Origin: an uncultured Clostridium sp.
GTDB lineage: Bacteria; Bacillota; Clostridia; TANB77; CAG-508
Direction: 5' to 3'
Length of the DNA: 64,000 nt
NCBI GenBank assembly: GCA_958422985.1
Contig: CATZPY010000001.1
Coordinates: 64,780-128,779 of the forward strand
How positions within the stretch are numbered: the stretch's first letter is position 1; each line of letters starts with the position of its first letter. A program made the translations under genes and the position numbers. This document shows, in pieces, positions 52,943 to 61,435 of the stretch. A model generated the notes under the pieces. It made no database searches, was not told the origin of the DNA, and worked only from the letters and a program-made list of their open reading frames with translations.

Positions 52943-53209
52943 TTAAGCTTTTGCAGCATTTAACTTTTTAGAAAGTTGAGATTTTTTTCTAGCTGCTGTG
53001 TTTTTTACTATAACACCTTTAGCACAAGCTTGATCTATTTTCTTTGTAGCAAAAGAAGTTAATGTTACAGCTTCTTCCATATTTTTAGAATCTATAGCAG
53101 CTTCTGCTTTTTTTATAGCTGTTTTGTATCCAGATTTTATGCTATTATTTCTCATAGTTTTTTTCTTGATAACTTCAACTCTTTTTTTAGCTGATTTTAT
53201 ATTTGGCAT
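52943..53209 (-). CDS. rpsT: 30S ribosomal protein S20
   Basis: MPNIKSAKKRVEV. SD AGGAGGTG lies upstream of the ATG at 53209. Confidence 0.95.
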   Translation of the reverse strand: MPNIKSAKKRVEVIKKKTMRNNSIKSGYKTAIKKAEAAIDSKNMEEAVTLTSFATKKIDQACAKGVIVKNTAARKKSQLSKKLNAAKA

Positions 53210-53404
53210 CCAAAACACCTCCTTGTTAATTTTTTAAACTAGCATATTAAGTAATAAATGCCTTAATATACGCGCTTAATATTTTACCATGAAATGCTAA
53301 AATTAGCAAGTATTTTAGTAAAAAATATACAATTTACCATAAAATATTGTATTCTAAAAAATCATGTGATATAGTAAAAAAGAATAAAAAAAGGAGGTCT
53401 TAAT

Positions 53405-53851
53405 ATGATTGCTATAGGAGCAGATCATGGGGGATATAAACTAAAAGAAGAAATAAAAGCGTATTTTAATAAACAAGGTATTGAATTTAAAGATTTTGGA
53501 ACTAATTCAGGAAAAAGAACAGATTATCCGATTTATGCAAAAAAAGTTGCACAAGCAATGGTGGATAAAGTTGCAGACAAGGGGATATTAATATGTAGAT
53601 CTGGTTATGGAATGACAGTTGTAGCTAACAAATTTAAAGGTGTAAGAGCTGCAAGTGTAACTAGTGTAGAATATGCAAAATCTGCTAAAGCAGATGATGA
53701 TATAAATTTATTAACTTTATCTGGTGATAATACAGAAGTAAAAGAAGCAATAGATATGATAAATGCATGGCTAGAAACAGAATTTAAAGGTGGAAGATAT
53801 AAAGAAAGATTAGACATGCTAGAAAAAATAGAAAATGAAAATATGAAATAG
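53405..53851 (+). CDS. rpiB: Ribose-5-phosphate isomerase B
   Basis: IAIGADHGGYKLKEEI...ILICRSGYGM. Confidence 0.9.
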   Translation: MIAIGADHGGYKLKEEIKAYFNKQGIEFKDFGTNSGKRTDYPIYAKKVAQAMVDKVADKGILICRSGYGMTVVANKFKGVRAASVTSVEYAKSAKADDDINLLTLSGDNTEVKEAIDMINAWLETEFKGGRYKERLDMLEKIENENMK

Positions 53852-53853
53852 AG

Positions 53854-55110
53854 GTGTTAAACATGTGGGGAGATATAGCGATTGCATTTTTATTGGCTTT
53901 TATAACAGCTTTTATGATGACACCATATTCTATAAAACTAGCGAAAAAAGTAGGTGCGGTAGATGTACCAAAAGATAATAGAAGAATGCATCATAAACCC
54001 ATACCAAAATTAGGTGGAGTTGCTGTTATTGCAGGATTTGTAGTTTCGTTTATATATTTAGTAATAACATTATCAATAGAAGATTCATCAAGAATAAACT
54101 TATTTGGCGTAGAGCAATATGGTAAAAAAGTACTTGGATTCTTTATAGGTGTGTTAATTTTAGGAATAACTTGTTTTATAGATGATGTAAAAACAATAAG
54201 ACCTTTAGCAAAGCTTTCAGGGCAACTTCTAGCTGCTGTTGCGGTTGTGTTATCTGGAATAAGAATTATAGAGGTGGTACCATTATTTGAATCAGCTGTA
54301 GTTAACGAAATAGTTTCTATGGTATTAACAGTAATTTGGATAATTGTAATTACCAATGCCATAAATTTAATGGATGGATTAGATGGTTTATCTTCTGGAA
54401 TAACAATGATTTCATGTATATCATTATTAATAATATTTTCATTAAATAATTCACCATTAATTGCAATAATAATGATAACAGCATTAGCAGGGGCATTATG
54501 TGGATTCCTACCATTTAATTTTAATCCAGCTAAAACATTTATAGGGGATACAGGGTCTAATTTTTTAGGATTTACATTATCAGTAGTTTCAATTTTAGGT
54601 GTTGCGAAAACATATACAGCAGTTGTAATTATTTTACCAGTAATAGTACTTGGGTTACCAATTTTTGATACACTATGTGCAATCTTAAGAAGAATCCATA
54701 AAGGAAAATCATTAAAGGCCATATTCCAAGCAGACAAAGGTCATTTACACCATAGAATAGTAAGAAAAGGTTTTTCACAAAAACAAGCAGTTTATATTTT
54801 ATATGGAATAAGTGCAACATTTGGAATGTTTGCGGTAATATTATTCGAAAGTGGAATAATAAAAGCAATTTCTTTTGCATTTATGGTAATTGCAGTTATT
54901 GCCTTGGGATATAGAAGCTTTTCAAATTTACGTGGAGATGAAGGAAGCATGTATGAATGCTCGAATTGTAAATATATTTATAATCCAAAAGTAGGAAATG
55001 AAACAGCCGGTGTTGGCCCAAATACAGAATTTTACGATTTACCAGAAGAATGGAACTGTCCAGTTTGTGGTGAAAGAAAAGATATGTTTACACCATATGA
55101 AGAAAAATAA
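53854..55110 (+). CDS. MraY/WecA-family UDP-GlcNAc:undecaprenyl-phosphate GlcNAc-1-P transferase (TagO-like) fused to a C-terminal rubredoxin domain
   Basis: 418 aa. NAINLMDGLDGL and GDTGSNFLGF motifs, about 10 TM helices, then MYECSNCKYIYNP...WNCPVCGERKDMF (CxxC...CPxCG) in the same frame. Confidence 0.8.
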   Translation: MLNMWGDIAIAFLLAFITAFMMTPYSIKLAKKVGAVDVPKDNRRMHHKPIPKLGGVAVIAGFVVSFIYLVITLSIEDSSRINLFGVEQYGKKVLGFFIGVLILGITCFIDDVKTIRPLAKLSGQLLAAVAVVLSGIRIIEVVPLFESAVVNEIVSMVLTVIWIIVITNAINLMDGLDGLSSGITMISCISLLIIFSLNNSPLIAIIMITALAGALCGFLPFNFNPAKTFIGDTGSNFLGFTLSVVSILGVAKTYTAVVIILPVIVLGLPIFDTLCAILRRIHKGKSLKAIFQADKGHLHHRIVRKGFSQKQAVYILYGISATFGMFAVILFESGIIKAISFAFMVIAVIALGYRSFSNLRGDEGSMYECSNCKYIYNPKVGNETAGVGPNTEFYDLPEEWNCPVCGERKDMFTPYEEK

Positions 55111-55175
55111 ATTTAAATATTGATAAAATATGATTTTCATAATATAATTATAAAAAAATTAAAGAGGTGATAAAG

Positions 55176-55328
55176 ATGTATGTTTGTTTAGCTTGTGGAT
55201 ATGTATACGATCCAGAAAAAGGAGATCCAGATTCTGGAATAGCTCCAGGAACAGCTTTTGAAGATATACCAGAAGATTGGGTTTGTCCACTTTGTGGAGT
55301 AGGAAAAGATATGTTTGAAAAACAATAA
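55176..55328 (+). CDS. Rubredoxin
   Basis: 50 aa, too short for the ORF track: [62 protein letters not shown]. Confidence 0.9.
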   Translation: MYVCLACGYVYDPEKGDPDSGIAPGTAFEDIPEDWVCPLCGVGKDMFEKQ

Positions 55329-55413
55329 GAATTATAATAATCTGCTGAACTTCGTATATAGTTGTAGGCAGATTTTCTTATTAAAAGAGCTAATGAACTT
55401 TTAAAATATAAAA

Positions 55414-55444
55414 CCGGGATTTTAAGGACCGTCCCCAAATCCCG
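55414..55444. repeat. Family-A repeat, copy A10
   Basis: CCGGGATTTTAAGGACCGTCCCCAAATCCCG. Confidence 0.8.
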
Positions 55445-55460
55445 ATAGGAAGGATAGAAA

Positions 55461-56339
55461 ATGGAAGATAATATAATAAAATTTTTAGCATATAATGGAA
55501 GAATTTCTATAACTTGTGCAGATACAACAAATTTAATAGAATCTGCAAGAAAAACTCATGACCTAAGCCCAGTTGCAACAGCAGCATTGGGGAGATTACT
55601 AACAATGGGGATAATAATGGGAACAGATTTAAAGTCCGAAAAAGACAATATTACATTACAAGTAAAAGGTGATGGTCCAATAGGAAAAATGGTTGCTGTT
55701 GTAAATAGTAATCTAAAAATAAAAGGGGTAGTAGATAACCCACAAGTTGATGCACCATTAAATGAATTTGGAAAATTGGATGTAGGTGGTGTTGTTGGAT
55801 TTAATGGATATGTAAATGTAATAAAAGATATTGGTTTAAAAGAGCCTTATATTGGTGTAATACCAATTTCATCTGGAGAAATTGCAGAAGATTTTGCAAG
55901 ATATTTTACAGAGTCAGAACAAACAAGATCTGCTGTTGCATTAGGAGTTTTAGTAGATAAAAATGGGGTAAAAAATGCAGGAGGATATTTGGTAACAGCT
56001 ATGCCAGATGCTACAGAAGAGGATATAACAAAACTGGAAGAAAACATATATAAATCTGGAGCAATTTCTAAAATGCTAGAAAACAATTTATCATTAATAG
56101 ATATTGCAAAACAAATAACAGGTGATAAAAATTTAAAAGTTATTAAAAAGGATATGAAACCAAAATATGAATGTGATTGTAGCAAAACAAAAATAGAAAG
56201 GGCTCTATTAGCATTAGAAAAAAATGAACTAAATAAAATTATAGAAGAAGATGGAAAAGCAGAGATAATATGTCATTTTTGTAATAAAAAATATTTATTT
56301 TCTAAAGAAGAATTAATAAATTTAGTAAATAAAAAATAA
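55461..56339 (+). CDS. hslO: Redox-regulated chaperone Hsp33
   Basis: 292 aa with the C-terminal zinc centre CDCSK...CHFCNKKY. Confidence 0.9.
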   Translation: MEDNIIKFLAYNGRISITCADTTNLIESARKTHDLSPVATAALGRLLTMGIIMGTDLKSEKDNITLQVKGDGPIGKMVAVVNSNLKIKGVVDNPQVDAPLNEFGKLDVGGVVGFNGYVNVIKDIGLKEPYIGVIPISSGEIAEDFARYFTESEQTRSAVALGVLVDKNGVKNAGGYLVTAMPDATEEDITKLEENIYKSGAISKMLENNLSLIDIAKQITGDKNLKVIKKDMKPKYECDCSKTKIERALLALEKNELNKIIEEDGKAEIICHFCNKKYLFSKEELINLVNKK

Positions 56340-56362
56340 TAATATGGTTATAATATAATTAG

Positions 56363-56617
56363 GTGATTATTATTAAAGTATCATATATAAAGTCAATTCA
56401 TGATAATAATAGTTTTAAGTTTTTTAAAAATATTGGTATGAATGGTATAGAATTAGAAGAACTAGAAGATGTGGATAAAGTTTTAAATAAACTAATAGAT
56501 AAAGATTATAAGACATTTTTTTTAACAAATGAAGTTGCTGGTTATTCACAAGATTTATTTAAAAAATATTATAATTCTAAAGATATAAATATAATAATTG
56601 CCAAAACAAAAAAATAG
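56363..56617 (+). CDS. Small protein, weakly V-type ATPase subunit F-like (tentative)
   Basis: 84 aa with a GTG start. The pattern F..IG..G.E...........L.....Y...FLT is only loosely similar. Confidence 0.25.
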   Translation: MIIIKVSYIKSIHDNNSFKFFKNIGMNGIELEELEDVDKVLNKLIDKDYKTFFLTNEVAGYSQDLFKKYYNSKDINIIIAKTKK

Positions 56618-56679
56618 TTATGTAACTTAAGTGAATATACTATAGAAAAAAGCATATACTGTGGTTATGGAGGGGTACA

Positions 56680-57222
56680 ATGTATTCTAATAACCTAGTA
56701 TATGCTAATTTTAATTTAGAACTAAATAAAATTATAGAAAAAATAAATAAAAAAAGATATTCTAATTTAATTTTTGTTTGTATTGGAAGTAATAAAATGG
56801 TAGGAGATAGTTTAGGACCACTAATTGGTGAAACTTTATATAAAAATTTAAAAGATAAAAAGATAAAAATATTAGGAAACTTAAAAAATAATGTTAATTC
56901 AAAAAATATAAATCAAATATTAAAAAATATAGAAAAAGAATATACAAAGTCATATGTTATTAGTATAGATTCAGCATTATCAAATAGTATAAAGCCAGGA
57001 AATGTTTTTATATTAAAAAAAGGATTAGTACCAGGCAGTGCATTAAAAAAGAAATCTATAGTAATTGGAAACACTTCTATAAAAGCGATAGTAGGAAAAG
57101 ATGAAAAAAACTTAGTTAAAAATTATTATAATTTAAAAAATGCAGATTATAAAATGATATTAAAATTTTCAAAAAATATTTCTAATATAATATTAGAAAG
57201 TATAAAATCTTTAAATTTGTGA
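56680..57222 (+). CDS. yyaC: Spore protease YyaC
   Basis: LIFVCIGSNKMVGDSLGPLIGE, 180 aa. Confidence 0.7.
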   Translation: MYSNNLVYANFNLELNKIIEKINKKRYSNLIFVCIGSNKMVGDSLGPLIGETLYKNLKDKKIKILGNLKNNVNSKNINQILKNIEKEYTKSYVISIDSALSNSIKPGNVFILKKGLVPGSALKKKSIVIGNTSIKAIVGKDEKNLVKNYYNLKNADYKMILKFSKNISNIILESIKSLNL

Positions 57223-57249
57223 ATTATTAATATAAATATAGATTTAGAG

Positions 57250-57585
57250 GTGATACATATGGAAATGAAAAATATGATAGTATTAAGAAATTTGCCTTCA
57301 AATATTGTAGAAGAGGCATGGGTTATATTAAAACCAGAAATAAAGAATAAGGAAAAAGAAGTAATAAAAAAATTAAAATCAAATGACCTTAAAAGTAGAC
57401 CAGAAGACGGATATGTTGTAAAAGAGGCCGAAACAGTAATACATGACTATTTAAAAAATATAAATAATTATGAAGATAAGAAAAAATATAATACAATTAT
57501 TAAAAAATACAATAAACTTAAGAAGATAAGTTTTGTAGTGTTTTGCATACTTGCAATAACTTGTATATTAAATTTTATATTTTAA
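57250..57585 (+). CDS. Hypothetical protein with a C-terminal membrane anchor
   Basis: 111 aa. The likely true start is the ATG at 57259, after AGAGGTG. Confidence 0.4.
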   Translation: MIHMEMKNMIVLRNLPSNIVEEAWVILKPEIKNKEKEVIKKLKSNDLKSRPEDGYVVKEAETVIHDYLKNINNYEDKKKYNTIIKKYNKLKKISFVVFCILAITCILNFIF

Positions 57586-57648
57586 ACATAAAAACCTCAA
57601 CCCATGAATATATTGTACAAATATATTACTAAGGAAGAGGTGTTTTTT

Positions 57649-58500
57649 ATGGAAAGAGTATTAACAACAGAAGAAAGAATAAGAAGAGCAGAAGAGATAT
57701 ATAGAAATAAAGGAAATATAAGAGAAACAAAAACAAAGGAACATTCGAAATTAAAAAATAGAATTATAAAAAAAGTTATAATCCAAATATTAGTATGTTT
57801 AAGTATATATTGCATTTTTTATTCTTTTCAAAATGCAGAAAACTTATTTTCAAAAGATATGCTTAGTAAAGCAAAGCAAATTATGGAATATGATGTTAAT
57901 TTTAATGAAATATATATAAATTTTACAAATTGGATTAATATAAATAAAAAAGAATCTGAAAATAAAATTGAAAATACTATGGCAAATGAATTGGTAAATG
58001 AAGTTAATTTAAATGAAACAATAGAAAATAACACAAATATAGGTGGGGCTACAGAAGAAAAGATAGAAACAAATTTATCACAAATGGAAATTGATGCAAA
58101 TGAGATAAAAAATAAATATAATATGACAAAGCCAATTGTAGGAACAGTTACATCTAGGTTTGGACATAGAAATCCTACAACAGTATCTGTGCCAAAAAAT
58201 CATACAGGAATAGATTTAGCAGCGAATACAGGTACGGTTATATATGCAAGTTTAGATGGGATAGTTAAAATAGCTTCTGGCGAAGGTGATTATGGAAATC
58301 ATTTAAGAATAGAAAAGGATGATGTAGCAATTTATTATGCACATTGCAATAAATTATATGTAAAAGAAGGTGAATATGTTAAACAAAATCAACCTATTGC
58401 AGAAGTAGGAGCAACAGGGAATGTTACAGGACCACATTTACATTTTGAAATAAGAAAAAATGATAGGTATGTAAACCCTGACTTAATTTTAAGTTTTTAA
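57649..58500 (+). CDS. M23 peptidase-domain membrane protein in the SpoIVFA position
   Basis: The start at 57649 follows AGGAAGAGGTG. One TM, then NHTGIDLAANTGTVI...GATGNVTGPHLHFEIRKN. Located immediately upstream of the site-2 protease gene. Confidence 0.6.
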   Translation: MERVLTTEERIRRAEEIYRNKGNIRETKTKEHSKLKNRIIKKVIIQILVCLSIYCIFYSFQNAENLFSKDMLSKAKQIMEYDVNFNEIYINFTNWININKKESENKIENTMANELVNEVNLNETIENNTNIGGATEEKIETNLSQMEIDANEIKNKYNMTKPIVGTVTSRFGHRNPTTVSVPKNHTGIDLAANTGTVIYASLDGIVKIASGEGDYGNHLRIEKDDVAIYYAHCNKLYVKEGEYVKQNQPIAEVGATGNVTGPHLHFEIRKNDRYVNPDLILSF

Positions 58501-58527
58501 TAATGAATTTATTAGAAAGGGTGAGCG

Positions 58528-59184
58528 ATGGAATTTAAAATAGATATAAAAATATTTTTAGTAGGATTAATTTTTTTTATTGTTAATCAATTTTATATGT
58601 ACATATTATTTATGATATTTGTAATTATACACGAATGTTTTCATCTTTTAGCAGGAATAATATTAGGATATAAGGTAAAAAGCTTAAAAATTATGCCATT
58701 AGGTGTTTCGGTAGGATTTGAAGAAAAAGAAGAGGAATATAATACCAAAATAAGAAAATCAAATATTAATAATGTAAAAAAGATAATTATATTATTAATG
58801 GGTCCTATTTCTAATATAGTACTTGCAGGCATGTTTTTAGTATTAAATAAACCAGAACCAGTCTATATAAATATAATAATTGCAATATTTAATTTATTAC
58901 CAATATATCCACTAGATGGTGGGCAAATATTAAACAGAGTATTAAGAATTTTTTATAGTAATTTTGAATCATACAAAATAAGTAATTATATTAATAATAT
59001 AATGATGAGTATTCTTACAGCACTAGCTAGTATTGGTTTATTATATACAAAGAATATAGCAATTATTTTTATAGTGATTTTTATGTGGCACTTAATAATA
59101 AAAGAAAATATAAAATACAACGAAATGAGCAAATATTTTAAATCTTTTCACAATCTGGACAAAAAAACTAATTATAATGTATAA
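58528..59184 (+). CDS. spoIVFB: M50 site-2 metalloprotease, SpoIVFB-like (short, no CBS domain)
   Basis: HECFHLLAG (HExxH) and NLLPIYPLDGG motifs, 218 aa. Confidence 0.65.
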   Translation: MEFKIDIKIFLVGLIFFIVNQFYMYILFMIFVIIHECFHLLAGIILGYKVKSLKIMPLGVSVGFEEKEEEYNTKIRKSNINNVKKIIILLMGPISNIVLAGMFLVLNKPEPVYINIIIAIFNLLPIYPLDGGQILNRVLRIFYSNFESYKISNYINNIMMSILTALASIGLLYTKNIAIIFIVIFMWHLIIKENIKYNEMSKYFKSFHNLDKKTNYNV

Positions 59185-59210
59185 TAGTTATGTAAAAGGA
59201 GCGAAAATAT

Positions 59211-59891
59211 ATGGGTAGTGAAAAGATTTTAGTAGTAGATGACGAATCAAGAATGAGAAAACTAATTAAAGACTTTTTGGCTCAAAAAGGATACGAAATT
59301 TTAGAAGCAGAAGATGGCGAAAAGGCATTAGAAATATTTGAAGAAAACCAAAATAAGATAAATTTAATCTTATTAGATGTTATGATGCCAAAACTAGATG
59401 GTTGGTCTGTTTTAAGGCAAATAAGGCAAATATCACAAATACCAATTATAATGCTTACAGCAAGAGGAGAAGAACAAGACGAACTATTCGGATTCGAACT
59501 TGGTGTTGATGAATATATTTCAAAACCATTTAGTCCTAAAATATTAGTAGCAAGAGTTGAAGCAATATTAAAAAGAGTGTATGGAGACACAAAACAATTA
59601 AAAGATTATGATGGAATTGTAATAGATCAAGAAGGACGTACTGTAAAAGTGGATGGAAAGCCAATTGATTTAAGTTTAAGAGAATATGAATTATTAAAAT
59701 ATTTATTAGATAATGAAAATATTGCACTCTCAAGAGATAAAATATTAAATAATGTATGGAATTATGATTATTATGGAGATTCACGAACAATAGATAGTCA
59801 TATAAAAAAGATTAGACATAAATTAGGAAAAAAAGGAAAGTATATAGAAACAGTAAGAGGAATCGGATATAAGTTTGAAATAAAGAAATGA
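59211..59891 (+). CDS. OmpR-family response regulator
   Basis: ILVVDDE...LLDVMMPKLDG, and a winged helix ending TVRGIGYKF. Confidence 0.9.
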   Translation: MGSEKILVVDDESRMRKLIKDFLAQKGYEILEAEDGEKALEIFEENQNKINLILLDVMMPKLDGWSVLRQIRQISQIPIIMLTARGEEQDELFGFELGVDEYISKPFSPKILVARVEAILKRVYGDTKQLKDYDGIVIDQEGRTVKVDGKPIDLSLREYELLKYLLDNENIALSRDKILNNVWNYDYYGDSRTIDSHIKKIRHKLGKKGKYIETVRGIGYKFEIKK

Positions 59892-59900
59892 GGATAGAAA

Positions 59901-61406
59901 ATGGAAAGAATCGTAAAAAAAGCTAAATCAGTAAGAGTAAAACTTTTTCTTATCTTATGTCTTGTTGTATTATCAATTATTGCTTTCTTAATACTAGTAA
60001 ATAGTTTTGTATTAGAAAAATATTATCAATATACAAAAAGCAATAACTTAAAAAGTACATATGCATTAATTAATTCTTATTATACTGGTCAAATAAGTGT
60101 TGATAATATAAGTGACGAATTAGATAAAATATCAATAAGTAATAATTTTGATATAATAATAAAAGATAATGAAAATGTTGCAATATATATGTCTAATAAA
60201 GACTTTTTATCAAGCATAAGAAAAGTCATAAATTTTTGGGGAATGGACAAAAAACAAGAAGCAACAATAATTGAACAAGAAGATAATATAGAAATAAAAA
60301 GAATTGTTGATACAGAAACCAAAATGACATATATGTTATTAAAAGGAACTTTAGACAATGGATTTGTAGCATATATAAGACTTCCGATGTCATCAATAAC
60401 AGAAAGTGTTCAAATATCTAATAAATTTTTATATTTAATAGCATGTATTGTTATTATAGTTGGTGGAATTGTAATAATATATATATCAAAACAATTTAGT
60501 AGTCCAATTTCAGAAATAAGCGCAATAGCTAAAAAAATGGCAAATTTGGACTTTAGTCAAAAATATGTAGTAAAAGATGATGATGAGATAAATGAACTCG
60601 GAAAAAATATAAATATAATGTCAGAAAAACTAGAAGGAACAATAAATCAACTTAGAAGTACAAATATAGAGCTTGAAAGAGATATTGAGAGAAAATCAAA
60701 AATTGATGAAATGAGAAAAAGTTTCATATCAGATGTATCACATGAATTAAAAACGCCAATTGCTTTAATACAAGGATATAGTGAAGGACTTTTAGAAAAT
60801 GTTAATACAGATGAAGAAAGTAGAAAATTTTATGCAGAAGTTATATTAGATGAAGCCACAAAAATGGACAAAATGGTTAGACAATTAATAGAACTTACCA
60901 AATTAGAGTATGAGAATAGGGAATTTAATAATAGAAACTTTAATATAGTAGAATTAGAAAAAGAAATATGTAGAAGTTCTAAAGTTATGATTGAAGAAAA
61001 AGGAGCAAATGTTGAATTTGAAACAGCTGATGTAATAAATGTATATGCAGATGATTTCTATATAAGTCAATGTATTACAAATTATTTAACAAATGCAATA
61101 AAACATGTTGAAGAAGTTGATGGTGAAAAAACTATAAAGATAACAAATACTATTAATAATGATAAAGCTAGAATTACTATATTTAATACAGGTAAAAACA
61201 TTGAAGAGGAAAATCTATCTCGTATTTGGAACAGATTCTTTAAAGTGGATGAATCAAGAAATAGAGAAGATGGTGGAAGCGGAATAGGCCTTTCTATTGT
61301 TAGAGCAATTATGAATAATTATGGAAATGATTTTGGCGTGGAGAACAAGCCAAATGGTGTTGAATTTTATTTTGATATAGATTTGGAAAGAAAAGATAAG
61401 AATTAG
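59901..61406 (+). CDS. Sensor histidine kinase (two TM, HAMP, HisKA, HATPase)
   Basis: H-box SHELKTPIA and G-box GGSGIGLSIV. Confidence 0.9.
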   Translation: MERIVKKAKSVRVKLFLILCLVVLSIIAFLILVNSFVLEKYYQYTKSNNLKSTYALINSYYTGQISVDNISDELDKISISNNFDIIIKDNENVAIYMSNKDFLSSIRKVINFWGMDKKQEATIIEQEDNIEIKRIVDTETKMTYMLLKGTLDNGFVAYIRLPMSSITESVQISNKFLYLIACIVIIVGGIVIIYISKQFSSPISEISAIAKKMANLDFSQKYVVKDDDEINELGKNINIMSEKLEGTINQLRSTNIELERDIERKSKIDEMRKSFISDVSHELKTPIALIQGYSEGLLENVNTDEESRKFYAEVILDEATKMDKMVRQLIELTKLEYENREFNNRNFNIVELEKEICRSSKVMIEEKGANVEFETADVINVYADDFYISQCITNYLTNAIKHVEEVDGEKTIKITNTINNDKARITIFNTGKNIEEENLSRIWNRFFKVDESRNREDGGSGIGLSIVRAIMNNYGNDFGVENKPNGVEFYFDIDLERKDKN

Positions 61407-61427
61407 AGGTTGTGATTTACAACCTCT
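61405..61427. terminator. GC-rich hairpin between the convergent kinase and asnB genes
   Basis: AGAGGTTGT-GATTT-ACAACCTCT. There is no clear T-run. Confidence 0.45.
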
Positions 61428-61435
61428 AAAATATT

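Noticed and set aside
53991-54737. A 248-aa ORF on the minus strand inside the tagO-like gene (and 54629-54880)
   Set aside because: It is an antisense shadow ORF. The + strand frame has clear MraY/WecA motifs, while the minus-frame product is low-complexity (I/T/N/P-rich) and has no SD.
55148-55438. A 96-aa minus-strand ORF
   Set aside because: It is antisense to a textbook 50-aa rubredoxin with its own SD, and it also runs through a family-A repeat.
4079-55444. Whether the repeated palindromes could be a CRISPR array
   Set aside because: The copies are kilobases apart, irregularly spaced, sit after genes and vary in sequence. There is no repeat-spacer periodicity and no cas genes.
56363-56617. 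An orphan V-ATPase subunit F-like gene, considered as a remnant of a V-type ATPase operon
   Set aside because: The similarity is only a loose pattern match from memory, and no other ntp/atp genes are nearby. It is kept as a low-confidence CDS only.
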